DNA from: Eledone cirrhosa
Taxonomy: Eukaryota
NCBI GenBank assembly: GCA_964016885.1
Contig: OZ024748.1
Span: forward strand, 26,412,001-26,476,000
DNA length: 64,000 bases
Direction of reading: 5' to 3'
In this document: positions 15,101 to 30,100 of the stretch, one piece after another
Layout of the letters: each line of letters starts with the position of its first letter
Position numbering within the stretch: position 1 is the first letter of the stretch
The notes under the pieces: model-generated
Seen by the model: the letters and a program-made list of their open reading frames with translations, nothing else
What the model was told of the DNA's origin: nothing
Databases searched by the model: none
Made by a program: the position numbers and the translations under genes

Positions 15101-18100
15101 TATTGAATATACAACTGAGACATCAACTGAAAAACCACTACCTATCAAGACACCTACAAGCACAGCAGAAAAGATCACTGAAACTAGAACAGACACAACA
15201 GCAACAACATCACAGCTTTCTTCAACAAGTGAAATCCATATAGAAACTCCTAAATCTACTTCTGAACTGCCTCATATAACTGACATTGAAACAAGTACAG
15301 TGGAAGGAACAACACAAGTTACAGATATTGAAACTGAGCGGACAACTCAGACAGAAATTACACCACAACAAACAACATCTCCTGAAGAAACAACACTGTC
15401 TACTCAGGTAGAGGACATCGTAAAGGTGACACCAACACAAGTTGCTAGCACAATGCATACATCACCTGAAACAACAGTTGTTTCATCTCCAGAACACACC
15501 CCTATAACACCTACAGATGAACTTACTAGTATTGAATATACAACTGAGACATCAACTGAAAAACCACTACCTATAAAGACACATACAAGCACAGCTGAAA
15601 AGATCACTGAAACTATAACAGACACAACAGCAACAACATCACAGCTTCCTTCAACAAGTGAAATCCATATAGAAACTCCTAAATCTACTTCTGAACTGCC
15701 TCATATAACAGACATTGAAACAAGTACAATGGAAAGAACAACACAAATTACAGATATTGAAACTGAACGCACAACTCAGACAGAAATTACACCACAACTA
15801 ACAACATCTCCTGAAGAAACAACTCTGTCTACTCAGGTAGAGGACATCGAAAAGGTGACAGCAACACAAGTTGCTAGCACAATGCATACATCACCTGAAA
15901 CAACAGTTGTTTCATCTCCTGAACACACCTCTATAACACCTACAGATGAACTTACTAGTATTGAATATAGAACTGAGACATCAACTGAAAAATCACTACC
16001 TACGATAACACCTACAAGCACAGCAGAAAAGATCACTGAAACTATAACAGACACAACAGCAACAACATCACAGCTTCCTTCAACAAGTGAAATCCATATA
16101 GAAACTCCTAAGTCTACTTCTGAACTGCCTCATATAACTGACATTGAAACAAGTACAGTGGAAGGAACAACACAAGTTACAGATATTGAAACTGAGCGCA
16201 CAACGCAGAGAGAAATTACACCACAACAAACAACATCTCCTGAAGAAACAACACTCTCTACTCAGGTAGAGGACATTGAAAAGGTGACACCAACACAAGT
16301 TGATAGCACAATGCATACATCACCTGAAACAACAGTTGTTTCATCTCCAGAACACACCTCTATAACACCTACAGATGAACTTACTAGTATTGAATATACA
16401 ACTGAGACATCAACTGAAAAACCACTACCTATCAAGACACCTACAAGCACAGCAGAAAAGATCACTGAAACTAGAACAGACACAACAGCAACAACATCAC
16501 AGCTTCCTTCAACAAGTGAAATCCATATAGAAACTCCTAAATCTACTTCTGAACTGCCTCATATAACAGACATTGAAACAAGTACAATGGAAAGAACAAC
16601 ACAAATTATAGATATTGAAACTGAACGCACAACTCAGACAGAAATTACACCACAACTAACAACATCTCCTGAAGAAACAACTCTGTCTACTCAGGTAGAG
16701 GACATCGAAAAGGTGACACCAACACAAGTTGCTAGCACAATGCATACATCACATGAAACAACAGTTGTTTCATCTCCTGAACACACCTCTATAACACCTA
16801 CAGATGAACTTACTAGTATTGAATATAGAAATGAGACATCAACTGAAAAATCACTACCTACGATAACACCTACAAGCACAGCAGAAAAGATCACTGAAAC
16901 TAGAACAGACACAACAGCAACAACATCACAGCTTCCTTCAACAAGTGAAATCCATATAGAAACTCCTAAATCTACTTCTGAACTGCCTCATATAACTGAC
17001 ATTGAAACAAGTACAGTGGAAAGAACAACACAAATTACAGATATTGAAACTGAACGCACAACTCAGACAGAAATTACACCACAACTAACAACATCTCCCG
17101 AAAAAACAACTCTGTCTACTCAGGTAGAGGAAATCGAAAAGGTGATACCAACACAAGTTGCTAGCACAATGCATAAATCACCTGAAACAACAGTTGTTTC
17201 ATCTCCAGAACACACCTCTATAACACCTACAGGTGAACTTACTAGTATTGAATATACAACTGAGACATCAACTGAAAAACCACTACCTATCAAGACACCT
17301 ACAAGCACAGCAGAAAAGATCACTGAAACTAGAACAGACACAACAGCAACAACATCACAGCTTCCTTCAACAAGTGAAATCCATATAGAAACTCCTAAAT
17401 CTACTTCTGAACTGCCTCATATAACTGACATTGAAACAAGTACAGTGGAAAGAACAACACAAGTTACAGATATTGAAACTGAGCGCACAACTCAGACAGA
17501 AATTACACCACAACAAACAACATCTCCTGAAGAAACAACACTGTCTACTCAGGAAGAGGACATCGTAAAGGTGACACCAACACAAGTTGCTAGCACAATG
17601 CATACATCACCTGAAACAACAGTTGTTTCATCTCCAGAACACACCTCTATAACACCTACAGATGAACTTACTAGTATTGAATATACAACTGAGACATCAA
17701 CTGAAAAACCACTACCTATAAAGACACCTACAAGCACAGCAGAAAAGATCACTGAAACTAGAACAGACACAACAGCAACAACATCACAGCTTCCTTCAAC
17801 AAGTGAAATCCATATAGAAACTCATAAATCTACTTCTGAACTGCCTCATATAACAGACATTGAAACAAGTACAATGGAAAGAACAACACAAATTACAGAT
17901 ATTGAAACTGAACGCACAACTCAGACAGAAATTACACCACAACTAACAACATCTCCTGAAGAAACAACTCTGTCTACTCAGGTAGAGGACTTCGTAAAGG
18001 TGACACCAACACAAGTTGCTAGCACAATGCATACATCACCTGAAACAACAGTTGTTTCATCTCCTGAACACACCTCTATAACACCTACAGATGAACTTAC

Positions 18101-21100
18101 TAGTATTGAATATAGAACTGAGACGTCAACTGAAAAATCACTACCTACGATAACACCTACAAGCACAGCAGAAAAGATCACTGAAACTATAACAGACACA
18201 ACAGCAACAACATCACAGCTTCCTTCAACAAGTGAAATCCATATAGAAACTCCTAAATCTACTTCTGAACTGCCTCATATAACTGACATTGAAACAAGTA
18301 CAGTGGAAAGAACAACACGAATTACAGATATTGAAACTGAACGCACAACTCAGACAGAAATTACACCACAACTAACAACATCTCCTGAAGAAACAACTGT
18401 GTCTACTCAGGTAGAGGACATCGTAAAGGTGACACCAACACAAGTTGCTAGCACAATGCATACATCACCTGAAACAACAGTTGTTTCATCTCCAGAACAC
18501 ACCTCTATAACACCTACAGATGAACTTACTAGTATTGAATATACAACTGAGACATCAACTGAAAAACCACTACCTATCAAGACACCTACAAGCACAGCAG
18601 AAAAGATCACTGAAACTAGAACAGACACAACAGCAACAACATCACAGCTTTCTTCAACAAGTGAAATCCATATAGAAACTCCTAAATCTACTTCTGAACT
18701 GCCTCATATAACTGACATTGAAACAAGTACAGTGGAAGGAACAACACAAGTTACAGATATTGAAACTGAGCGGACAACTCAGACAGAAATTACACCACAA
18801 CAAACAACATCTCCTGAAGAAACAACACTGTCTACTCAGGTAGAGGACATCGTAAAGGTGACACCAACACAAGTTGCTAGCACAATGCATACATCACCTG
18901 AAACAACAGTTGTTTCATCTCCAGAACACACCCCTATAACACCTACAGATGAACTTACTAGTATTGAATATACAACTGAGACATCAACTGAAAAACCACT
19001 ACCTATAAAGACACATACAAGCACAGCTGAAAAGATCACTGAAACTATAACAGACACAACAGCAACAACATCACAGCTTCCTTCAACAAGTGAAATCCAT
19101 ATAGAAACTCCTAAATCTACTTCTGAACTGCCTCATATAACAGACATTGAAACAAGTACAATGGAAAGAACAACACAAATTACAGATATTGAAACTGAAC
19201 GCACAACTCAGACAGAAATTACACCACAACTAACAACATCTCCTGAAGAAACAACTCTGTCTACTCAGGTAGAGGACATCGAAAAGGTGACAGCAACACA
19301 AGTTGCTAGCACAATGCATACATCACCTGAAACAACAGTTGTTTCATCTCCTGAACACACCTCTATAACACCTACAGATGAACTTACTAGTATTGAATAT
19401 AGAACTGAGACATCAACTGAAAAATCACTACCTACGATAACACCTACAAGCACAGCAGAAAAGATCACTGAAACTATAACAGACACAACAGCAACAACAT
19501 CACAGCTTCCTTCAACAAGTGAAATCCATATAGAAACTCCTAAGTCTACTTCTGAACTGCCTCATATAACTGACATTGAAACAAGTACAGTGGAAGGAAC
19601 AACACAAGTTACAGATATTGAAACTGAGCGCACAACGCAGAGAGAAATTACACCACAACAAACAACATCTCCTGAAGAAACAACACTCTCTACTCAGGTA
19701 GAGGACATTGAAAAGGTGACACCAACACAAGTTGATAGCACAATGCATACATCACCTGAAACAACAGTTGTTTCATCTCCAGAACACACCTCTATAACAC
19801 CTACAGATGAACTTACTAGTATTGAATATACAACTGAGACATCAACTGAAAAACCACTACCTATCAAGACACCTACAAGCACAGCAGAAAAGATCACTGA
19901 AACTAGAACAGACACAACAGCAACAACATCACAGCTTCCTTCAACAAGTGAAATCCATATAGAAACTCCTAAATCTACTTCTGAACTGCCTCATATAACA
20001 GACATTGAAACAAGTACAATGGAAAGAACAACACAAATTATAGATATTGAAACTGAACGCACAACTCAGACAGAAATTACACCACAACTAACAACATCTC
20101 CTGAAGAAACAACTCTGTCTACTCAGGTAGAGGACATCGAAAAGGTGACACCAACACAAGTTGCTAGCACAATGCATACATCACATGAAACAACAGTTGT
20201 TTCATCTCCTGAACACACCTCTATAACACCTACAGATGAACTTACTAGTATTGAATATAGAAATGAGACATCAACTGAAAAATCACTACCTACGATAACA
20301 CCTACAAGCACAGCAGAAAAGATCACTGAAACTAGAACAGACACAACAGCAACAACATCACAGCTTCCTTCAACAAGTGAAATCCATATAGAAACTCCTA
20401 AATCTACTTCTGAACTGCCTCATATAACTGACATTGAAACAAGTACAGTGGAAAGAACAACACAAATTACAGATATTGAAACTGAACGCACAACTCAGAC
20501 AGAAATTACACCACAACTAACAACATCTCCCGAAAAAACAACTCTGTCTACTCAGGTAGAGGAAATCGAAAAGGTGATACCAACACAAGTTGCTAGCACA
20601 ATGCATAAATCACCTGAAACAACAGTTGTTTCATCTCCAGAACACACCTCTATAACACCTACAGGTGAACTTACTAGTATTGAATATACAACTGAGACAT
20701 CAACTGAAAAACCACTACCTATCAAGACACCTACAAGCACAGCAGAAAAGATCACTGAAACTAGAACAGACACAACAGCAACAACATCACAGCTTCCTTC
20801 AACAAGTGAAATCCATATAGAAACTCCTAAATCTACTTCTGAACTGCCTCATATAACTGACATTGAAACAAGTACAGTGGAAAGAACAACACAAGTTACA
20901 GATATTGAAACTGAGCGCACAACTCAGACAGAAATTACACCACAACAAACAACATCTCCTGAAGAAACAACACTGTCTACTCAGGAAGAGGACATCGTAA
21001 AGGTGACACCAACACAAGTTGCTAGCACAATGCATACATCACCTGAAACAACAGTTGTTTCATCTCCAGAACACACCTCTATAACACCTACAGATGAACT

Positions 21101-24100
21101 TACTAGTATTGAATATACAACTGAGACATCAACTGAAAAACCACTACCTATAAAGACACCTACAAGCACAGCAGAAAAGATCACTGAAACTAGAACAGAC
21201 ACAACAGCAACAACATCACAGCTTCCTTCAACAAGTGAAATCCATATAGAAACTCATAAATCTACTTCTGAACTGCCTCATATAACAGACATTGAAACAA
21301 GTACAATGGAAAGAACAACACAAATTACAGATATTGAAACTGAACGCACAACTCAGACAGAAATTACACCACAACTAACAACATCTCCTGAAGAAACAAC
21401 TCTGTCTACTCAGGTAGAGGACTTCGTAAAGGTGACACCAACACAAGTTGCTAGCACAATGCATACATCACCTGAAACAACAGTTGTTTCATCTCCTGAA
21501 CACACCTCTATAACACCTACAGATGAACTTACTAGTATTGAATATAGAACTGAGACGTCAACTGAAAAATCACTACCTACGATAACACCTACAAGCACAG
21601 CAGAAAAGATCACTGAAACTATAACAGACACAACAGCAACAACATCACAGCTTCCTTCAACAAGTGAAATCCATATAGAAACTCCTAAATCTACTTCTGA
21701 ACTGCCTCATATAACTGACATTGAAACAAGTACAGTGGAAAGAACAACACGAATTACAGATATTGAAACTGAACGCACAACTCAGACAGAAATTACACCA
21801 CAACTAACAACATCTCCTGAAGAAACAACTGTGTCTACTCAGGTAGAGGACATCGAAAAGGTGACACCAACACAAGTTGCTAGCACAATGCATACATCAC
21901 CTGAAACAACAGTTGTTTCATCTCCAGAACACACCTCTATAACACCTACAGATGAACTTACTAGTATTGAATATACAACTGAGACATCAACTGAAAAACC
22001 ACTACCTATAAAGACACCTACAAGCACAGCTGAAAAGATCACTGAAACTATAACAGACACAACAGCAACAACATCACAGCTTCCTTCAACAAGTGAAATC
22101 CATATAGAAACTCCTAAATCTACTTCTGAACTGCCTCATATAACTGACGTTGAAACAAGTATGATGGAAAGAACAACACAAATTACAGATATTGAAACTG
22201 AACGCACAACTCAGACAGAAATTACACCACAACTAACAACATCTCCTGAAGAAACAACTCTGTCTACTCAGGTAGAGGACATCGAAAAGGTGACACCAAC
22301 ACAAGTTGCTAGCACAATGCATATATCACCTGAAACAACAGTTGTTTCATCTCCTGAACACACCTCTGTAACACCTACAGATGAACTTACTAGTATTGAA
22401 TATACAACTGAGACATCAACTGAAAAATCACTACCTACGATAACACCTACAAGCACAGCAGAAAAGATCACTAAAACTATAACAGACACAACAGCAACAA
22501 CATCACAGCTTCCTTCAACAAGTGAAATCCATATAGAAACTCCTAAATCTACTTCTGAACTGCCTCATATAACTGACATTGAAACAAGTACAGTGGAAGG
22601 AACAACACAAGTTACAGATATTGAAACTGAGCGCACAACGCAGAGAGAAATTACACCACAACAAACAACATCTCCTGAAGAAACAACACTGTCTACTCAG
22701 GTAGAGGACATTGAAAAGGTGACACCAACACAAGTTGCTAGCACAATGCATACATCACCTGAAACAACAGTTGTTTCATCTCCAGAACACACCTCTATAA
22801 GACCTACAGATGAACTTACTAGTATTGAATATACAACTGAGACATCAACTGAAAAACCACTACCTATCAAGACACCTACAAGCACAGCAGAAAAGATCAC
22901 TGAAACTAGAACAGACACAACAGCAACAACATCACAGCTTCCTTCAACAAGTGAAATCCATATAGAAACTCCTAAATCTACTTCTGAACTGCCTCATATA
23001 ACTGACATCGAAACAAGTACAGTGGAAAGAACAACACAAGTTACAGATATTGAAACTGAGCGGACAACTCAGACAGAAATTACACCACAACAAACAACAT
23101 CTCCTGAAGAAACAACACTGTCTACTCAGGTAGAGGACATCGTAAAGGTGACACCAACACAAGTTGCTAGCACAATGCATACATCACCTGAAACAACAGT
23201 TGTTTCATCTCCAGAACACACCTCTATAACACCTACAGATGAACTTACTAGTATTGAATATACAACTGAGACATCAACTGAAAAACCACTACCTATCAAG
23301 ACACCTACAAGCACAGCAGAAAAGATCACTGAAACTAGAACAGACACAACAGCAACAACATCACAGCTTCCTTCAACAAGTGAAATCCATATAGAAACTC
23401 CTAAATCTACTTCTGAACTGCCTCATATAACTGACATCGAAACAAGTACAGTGGAAAGAACAACACAAGTTACAGATATTGAAACTGAGCGGACAACTCA
23501 GACAGAAATTACACCACAACAAACAACATCTCCTGAAGAAACAACACTGTCTACTCAGGTAGAGGACATCGTAAAGGTGACACCAACACAAGTTGCTAGC
23601 ACAATGCATACATCACCTGAAACAACAGTTGTTTCATCTCCAGAACACACCTCTGTAACACCTACAGATGAACTTACTAGTATTGAATATACAACTGAGA
23701 CATCAACTGAAAAATCACTACCTACGATAACACCTACAAGCACAGCAGAAAAGATCACTGAAACTAGAACAGACACAACAGCAACAACATCACAGCTTCC
23801 TTCAACAAGTGAAATCCATATAGAAACTCCTAAATCTACTTCTGAACTGCCTCATATAACTGACATTGAAACAAGTACAGTGGAAGGAACAACACAAGTT
23901 ACAGATATTGAAACTGAGCGCACAACTCAGACAGAAATTACACCACAACAAACAACATCTCCTGAAGAAACAACACTGTCTACTCAGGTAGAGGACATCG
24001 TAAAGGTGACACCAACACAAGTTGCTAGCACAATGCATACATCACCTGAAACAACAGTTGTTTCATCTCCAGAACACACCTCTATAACACCTACAGATGA

Positions 24101-27100
24101 ACTAACTAGTATTGAATATACAACTGAGACATCAACTGAAAAACCACTACCTATCAAGACACCTACAAGCACAGCAGAAAAGATCACTGAAACTAGAACA
24201 GACACAACAGCAACAACATCACAGCTTCCTTCAACAAGTGAAATCCATATAGAAACTCCTAAATCTACTTCTGAACTGCCTCATATAACAGACATTGAAA
24301 CAAGTACAATGGAAAGAACAACACAAATTATAGATATTGAAACTGAACGCACAACTCAGACAGAAATTACACCACAACTAACAACATCTCCTGAAGAAAC
24401 AACTCTGTCTACTCAGGTAGAGGACATCGAAAAGGTGACACCAACACAAGTTGCTAGCACAATGCATACATCACATGAAACAACAGTTGTTTCATCTCCT
24501 GAACACACCTCTATAACACCTACAGATGAACTTACTAGTATTGAATATAGAACTGAGACATCAACTGAAAAATCACTACCTACGATAACACCTACAAGCA
24601 CAGCAGAAAAGATCACTGAAACTAGAACAGACACAACAGCAACAACATCACAGCTTCCTTCAACAAGTGAAATCCATATAGAAACTCCTAAATCTACTTC
24701 TGAACTGCCTCATATAACTGACATTGAAACAAGTACAGTGGAAAGAACAACACAAATTACAGATATTGAAACTGAACGCACAACTCAGACAGAAATTACA
24801 CCACAACTAACAACATCTCCTGAAAAAACAACTCTGTCTACTCAGGTAGAGGACATCGAAAAGGTGATACCAACACAAGTTGCTAGCACAATGCATAAAT
24901 CACCTGAAACAACAGTTGTTTCATCTCCAGAACACACCTCTATAACACCTACAGGTGAACTTACTAGTATTGAATATACAACTGAGACATCAACTGAAAA
25001 ACCACTACCTATCAAGACACCTACAAGCACAGCAGAAAAGATCACTGAAACTAGAACAGACACAACAGCAACAACATCACAGCTTCCTTCAACAAGTGAA
25101 ATCCATATAGAAACTCCTAAATCTACTTCTGAACTGCCTCATATAACTGACATTGAAACAAGTACAGTGGAAAGAACAACACAAGTTACAGATATTGAAA
25201 CTGAGCGGACAACTCAGACAGAAATTACACCACAACAAACAACATCTCCTGAAGAAACAACACTGTCTACTCAGGTAGAGGACATCGTAAAGGTGACACC
25301 AACACAAGTTGCTAGCACAATGCATACATCACCTGAAACAACAGTTGTTTCATCTCCAGAACACACCTCTATAACACCTACAGATGAACTTACTAGTATT
25401 GAATATACAACTGAGACATCAACTGAAAAACCACTACCTATCAAGACACCTACAAGCACAGCAGAAAAGATCACTGAAACTAGAACAGACACAACAGCAA
25501 CAACATCACAGTTTCCTTTAACAAGTGAAATCCATATAGAAACTCCTAAATCTACTTCTGAACTGCCTCATATAACTGACATTGAAACAAGTACAGTGGA
25601 AGGAACAACACAAGTTACAGATATTGAAACTGAGCGCACAACGCAGAGAGAAATTACACCACAACAAACAACATCTCCTGAAGAAACAACACTGTCTACT
25701 CAGGTAGAGGACATTGAAAAGGTGACACCAACACAAGTTGCTAGCACAATGCATACATCACCTGAAACAACAGTTGTTTCATCTCCAAAACACACCTCTA
25801 TAACACCTACAGATGAACTTACTAGTATTGAATATACAACTGAGACATCAACTGAAAAACCACTACCTATCAAGACACCTACAAGCACAGCAGAAAAGAT
25901 CACTGAAACTAGAACAGACACAACAGCAACAACATCACAGCTTCCTTCAACAAGTGAAATCCATATAGAAACTCCTAAATCTACTTCTGAACTGCCTCAT
26001 ATAACTGACATTGAAACAAGTACAGTGGAAAGAACAACACAAGTTACAGATATTGAAACTGAGCGGACAACTCAGACAGAAATTACACCACAACAAACAA
26101 CATCTCCTGAAGAAACAACACTGTCTACTCAGGTAGAGGACATCGAAAAGGTGACACCAACACAAGTTGCTAGCACAATGCATATATCACCTGAAACAAC
26201 AGTTGTTTCATCTCCTGAACACACCTCTGTAACACCTACAGATGAACTTACTAGTATTGAATATACAACTGAGACATCAACTGAAAAATCACTACCTACG
26301 ATAACACCTACAAGCACAGCAGAAAAGATCACTGAAACTAGAACAGACACAACAGCAACAACATCACAGCTTCCTTCAACAAGTGAAATCCATATAGAAA
26401 CTCCTAAATCTACTTCTGAACTGCCTCATATAACTGACATTGAAACAAGTACAGTGGAAGGAACAACACAAGTTACAGATATTGAAACTGAGCGGACAAC
26501 TCAGACAGAAATTACACCACAACAAACAACATCTCCTGAAGAAACAACACTGTCTACTCAGGTAGAGGACATCGTAAAGGTGACACCAACACAAGTTGCT
26601 AGCACAATGCATACATCACCTGAAACAACAGTTGTTTCATCTCCAGAACACACCTCTATAACACCTACAGATGAACTAACTAGTATTGAATATACAACTG
26701 AGACATCAACTGAAAAACCACTACCTATCAAGACACCTACAAGCACAGCAGAAAAGATCACTGAAACTAGAACAGACACAACAGCAACAACATCACAGCT
26801 TCCTTCAACAAGTGAAATCCATATAGAAACTCCTAAATCTACTTCTGAACTGCCTCATATAACAGACATTGAAACAAGTACAATGGAAAGAACAACACAA
26901 ATTATAGATATTGAAACTGAACGCACAACTCAGACAGAAATTACACCACAACTAACAACATCTCCTGAAGAAACAAGTCTGTCTACTCAGGTAGAGGACA
27001 TCGAAAAGGTGACACCAACACAAGTTGCTAGCACAATGCATACATCACATGAAACAACAGTTGTTTCATCTCCTGAACACACCTCTATAACACCTACAGA

Positions 27101-30100
27101 TGAACTTACTAGTATTGAATATAGAACTGAGACATCAACTGAAAAATCACTACCTACGATAACACCTACAAGCACAGCAGAAAAGATCACTGAAACTAGA
27201 ACAGACACAACAGCAACAACATCACAGCTTCCTTCAACAAGTGAAATCCATATAGAAACTCCTAAATCTACTTCTGAACTGCCTCATATAACTGACATTG
27301 AAACAAGTACAGTGGAAAGAACAACACAAATTACAGATATTGAAACTGAACGCACAACTCAGACAGAAATTACACCACAACTAACAACATCTCCTGAAAA
27401 AACAACTCTGTCTACTCAGGTAGAGGACATCGAAAAGGTGATACCAACACAAGTTGCTAGCACAATGCATAAATCACCTGAAACAACAGTTGTTTCATCT
27501 CCAGAACACACCTCTATAACACCTACAGGTGAACTTACTAGTATTGAATATACAACTGAGACATCAACTGAAAAACCACTACCTATCAAGACACCTACAA
27601 GCACAGCAGAAAAGATCACTGAAACTAGAACAGACACAACAGCAACAACATCACAGCTTCCTTCAACAAGTGAAATCCATATAGAAACTCCTAAATCTAC
27701 TTCTGAACTGCCTCATATAACTGACATTGAAACAAGTACAGTGGAAAGAACAACACAAGTTACAGATATTGAAACTGAGCGGACAACTCAGACAGAAATT
27801 ACACCACAACAAACAACATCTCCTGAAGAAACAACACTGTCTACTCAGGTAGAGGACATCGTAAAGGTGACACCAACACAAGTTGCTAGCACAATGCATA
27901 CATCACATGAAACAACAGTTGTTTCATCTCCAGATCAGACCTCTATAACACCTACAGATGAACTTACTAGTATTGAATATACAACTGAGACATCAACTGA
28001 AAAACCACTACCTATAAAGACACCTACAAGCACAGCAGAAAAGATCACTGAAACTAGAACAGACACAACAACAACAACATCACAGCTTCCTTCAACAAGT
28101 GAAATCCATATAGAAACTCATAAATCTACTTCTGAACTGCCTCATATAACAGACATTGAAACAAGTACAATGGAAAGAACAACACAAATTACAGATATTG
28201 AAACTGAACGCACAACTCAGACAGAAATTACACCACAACTAACAACATCTCCTGAAGAAACAACTCTGTCTACTCAGGTAGAGGACTTCGAAAAGGTGAC
28301 ACCAACACAAGTTGCTAGCACAATGCATACATCACCTGAAACAACAGTTGTTTCATCTCCTGAACACACCTCTATAACACCTACAGATGAACTTACTAGT
28401 ATTGAATATAGAACTGAGACGTCAACTGAAAAATTACTACCTACGATAACACCTACAAGCACAGCAGAAAAGTTCACTGAAACTATAACAGACACAACAG
28501 CAACAACATCACAGCTTCCTTCAACAAGTAAAATCCATATAGAAACTCCTAAATCTACTTCTGAACTGCCTCATATAACTGACATTGAAACAAGTACAGT
28601 GGAAAGAACAACACGAATTACAGATATTGAAACTGAACGCACAACTCAGACAGAAATTACACCACAACTAACAACATCTCCTGAAGAAACAACTGTGTCT
28701 ACTCAGGTAGAGGACATCGAAAAGGTGACACCAACACAAGTTGCTAGCACAATGCATACATCACCTGAAACAACAGTTGTTTCATCTCCAGAACACACCT
28801 CTATAACACCTACAGATGAACTTACTAGTATTGAATATACAACTGAGACATCAACTGAAAAACCACTACCTATAAAGACACCTACAAGCACAGCTGAAAA
28901 GATCACTGAAACTATAACAGACACAACAGCAACAACATCACAGCTTCCTTCAACAAGTGAAATCCATATAGAAACTCCTAAATCTACTTCTGAACTGCCT
29001 CATATAACTGACGTTGAAACAAGTATGATGGAAAGAACAACACAAATTACAGATATTGAAACTGAACGCACAACTCAGACAGAAATTACACCACAACTAA
29101 CAACATCTCCTGAAGAAACAACTCTGTCTACTCAGGTAGAGGACATCGAAAAGGTGACACCAACACGAGTTGCTAGCACAATGCATACATCACCTGAAAC
29201 AACAGTTGTTTCATCTCCTGAACACACCTCTATAACACCTACAGATGAACTTACTAGTATTGAATATAGAACTGAGACATCAACTGAAAAATCACTACCT
29301 ACGATAACACCTACAAGCACAGCAGAAAAGATCACTGAAACTAGAACAGACACAACAGCAACAACATCACAGCTTCCTTCAACAAGTGAAATCCATATAG
29401 AAACTCCTAAATCTACTTCTGAACTGCCTCATATAACTGACATTGAAACAAGTACAGTGGAAAGAACAACACAAGTTACAGATATTGAAACTGAGCGGAC
29501 AACTCAGACAGAAATTACACCACAACAAACAACATCTCCTGAAGAAACAACACTGTCTACTCAGGTAGAGGACATCGTAAAGGTGACACCAACACAAGTT
29601 GCTAGCACAATGCATACATCACCTGAAACAACAGTTGTTTCATCTCCAGAACACACCTCTATAACACCTACAGATGAACTTACTAGTATTGAATATACAA
29701 CTGAGACATCAACTGAGAAACCACTACCTATAAAGACACCTACAAGCACAGCAGAAAAGATCACTGAAACTAGAACAGACACAACAACAACAACATCACA
29801 GCTTCCTTCAACAAGTGAAATCCATATAGAAACTCATAAATCTACTTCTGAACTGCCTCATATAACAGACATTGAAACAAGTACAATGGAAAGAACAACA
29901 CAAATTACAGATATTGAAACTGAACGCACAACTCAGACAGAAATTACACCACAACTAACAACATCTCCTGAAGAAACAACTCTGTCTACTCAGGTAGAGG
30001 ACTTCGAAAAGGTGACACCAACACAAGTTGCTAGCACAATGCATACATCACCTGAAACAACAGTTGTTTCATCTCCTGAACACACCTCTATAACACCTAC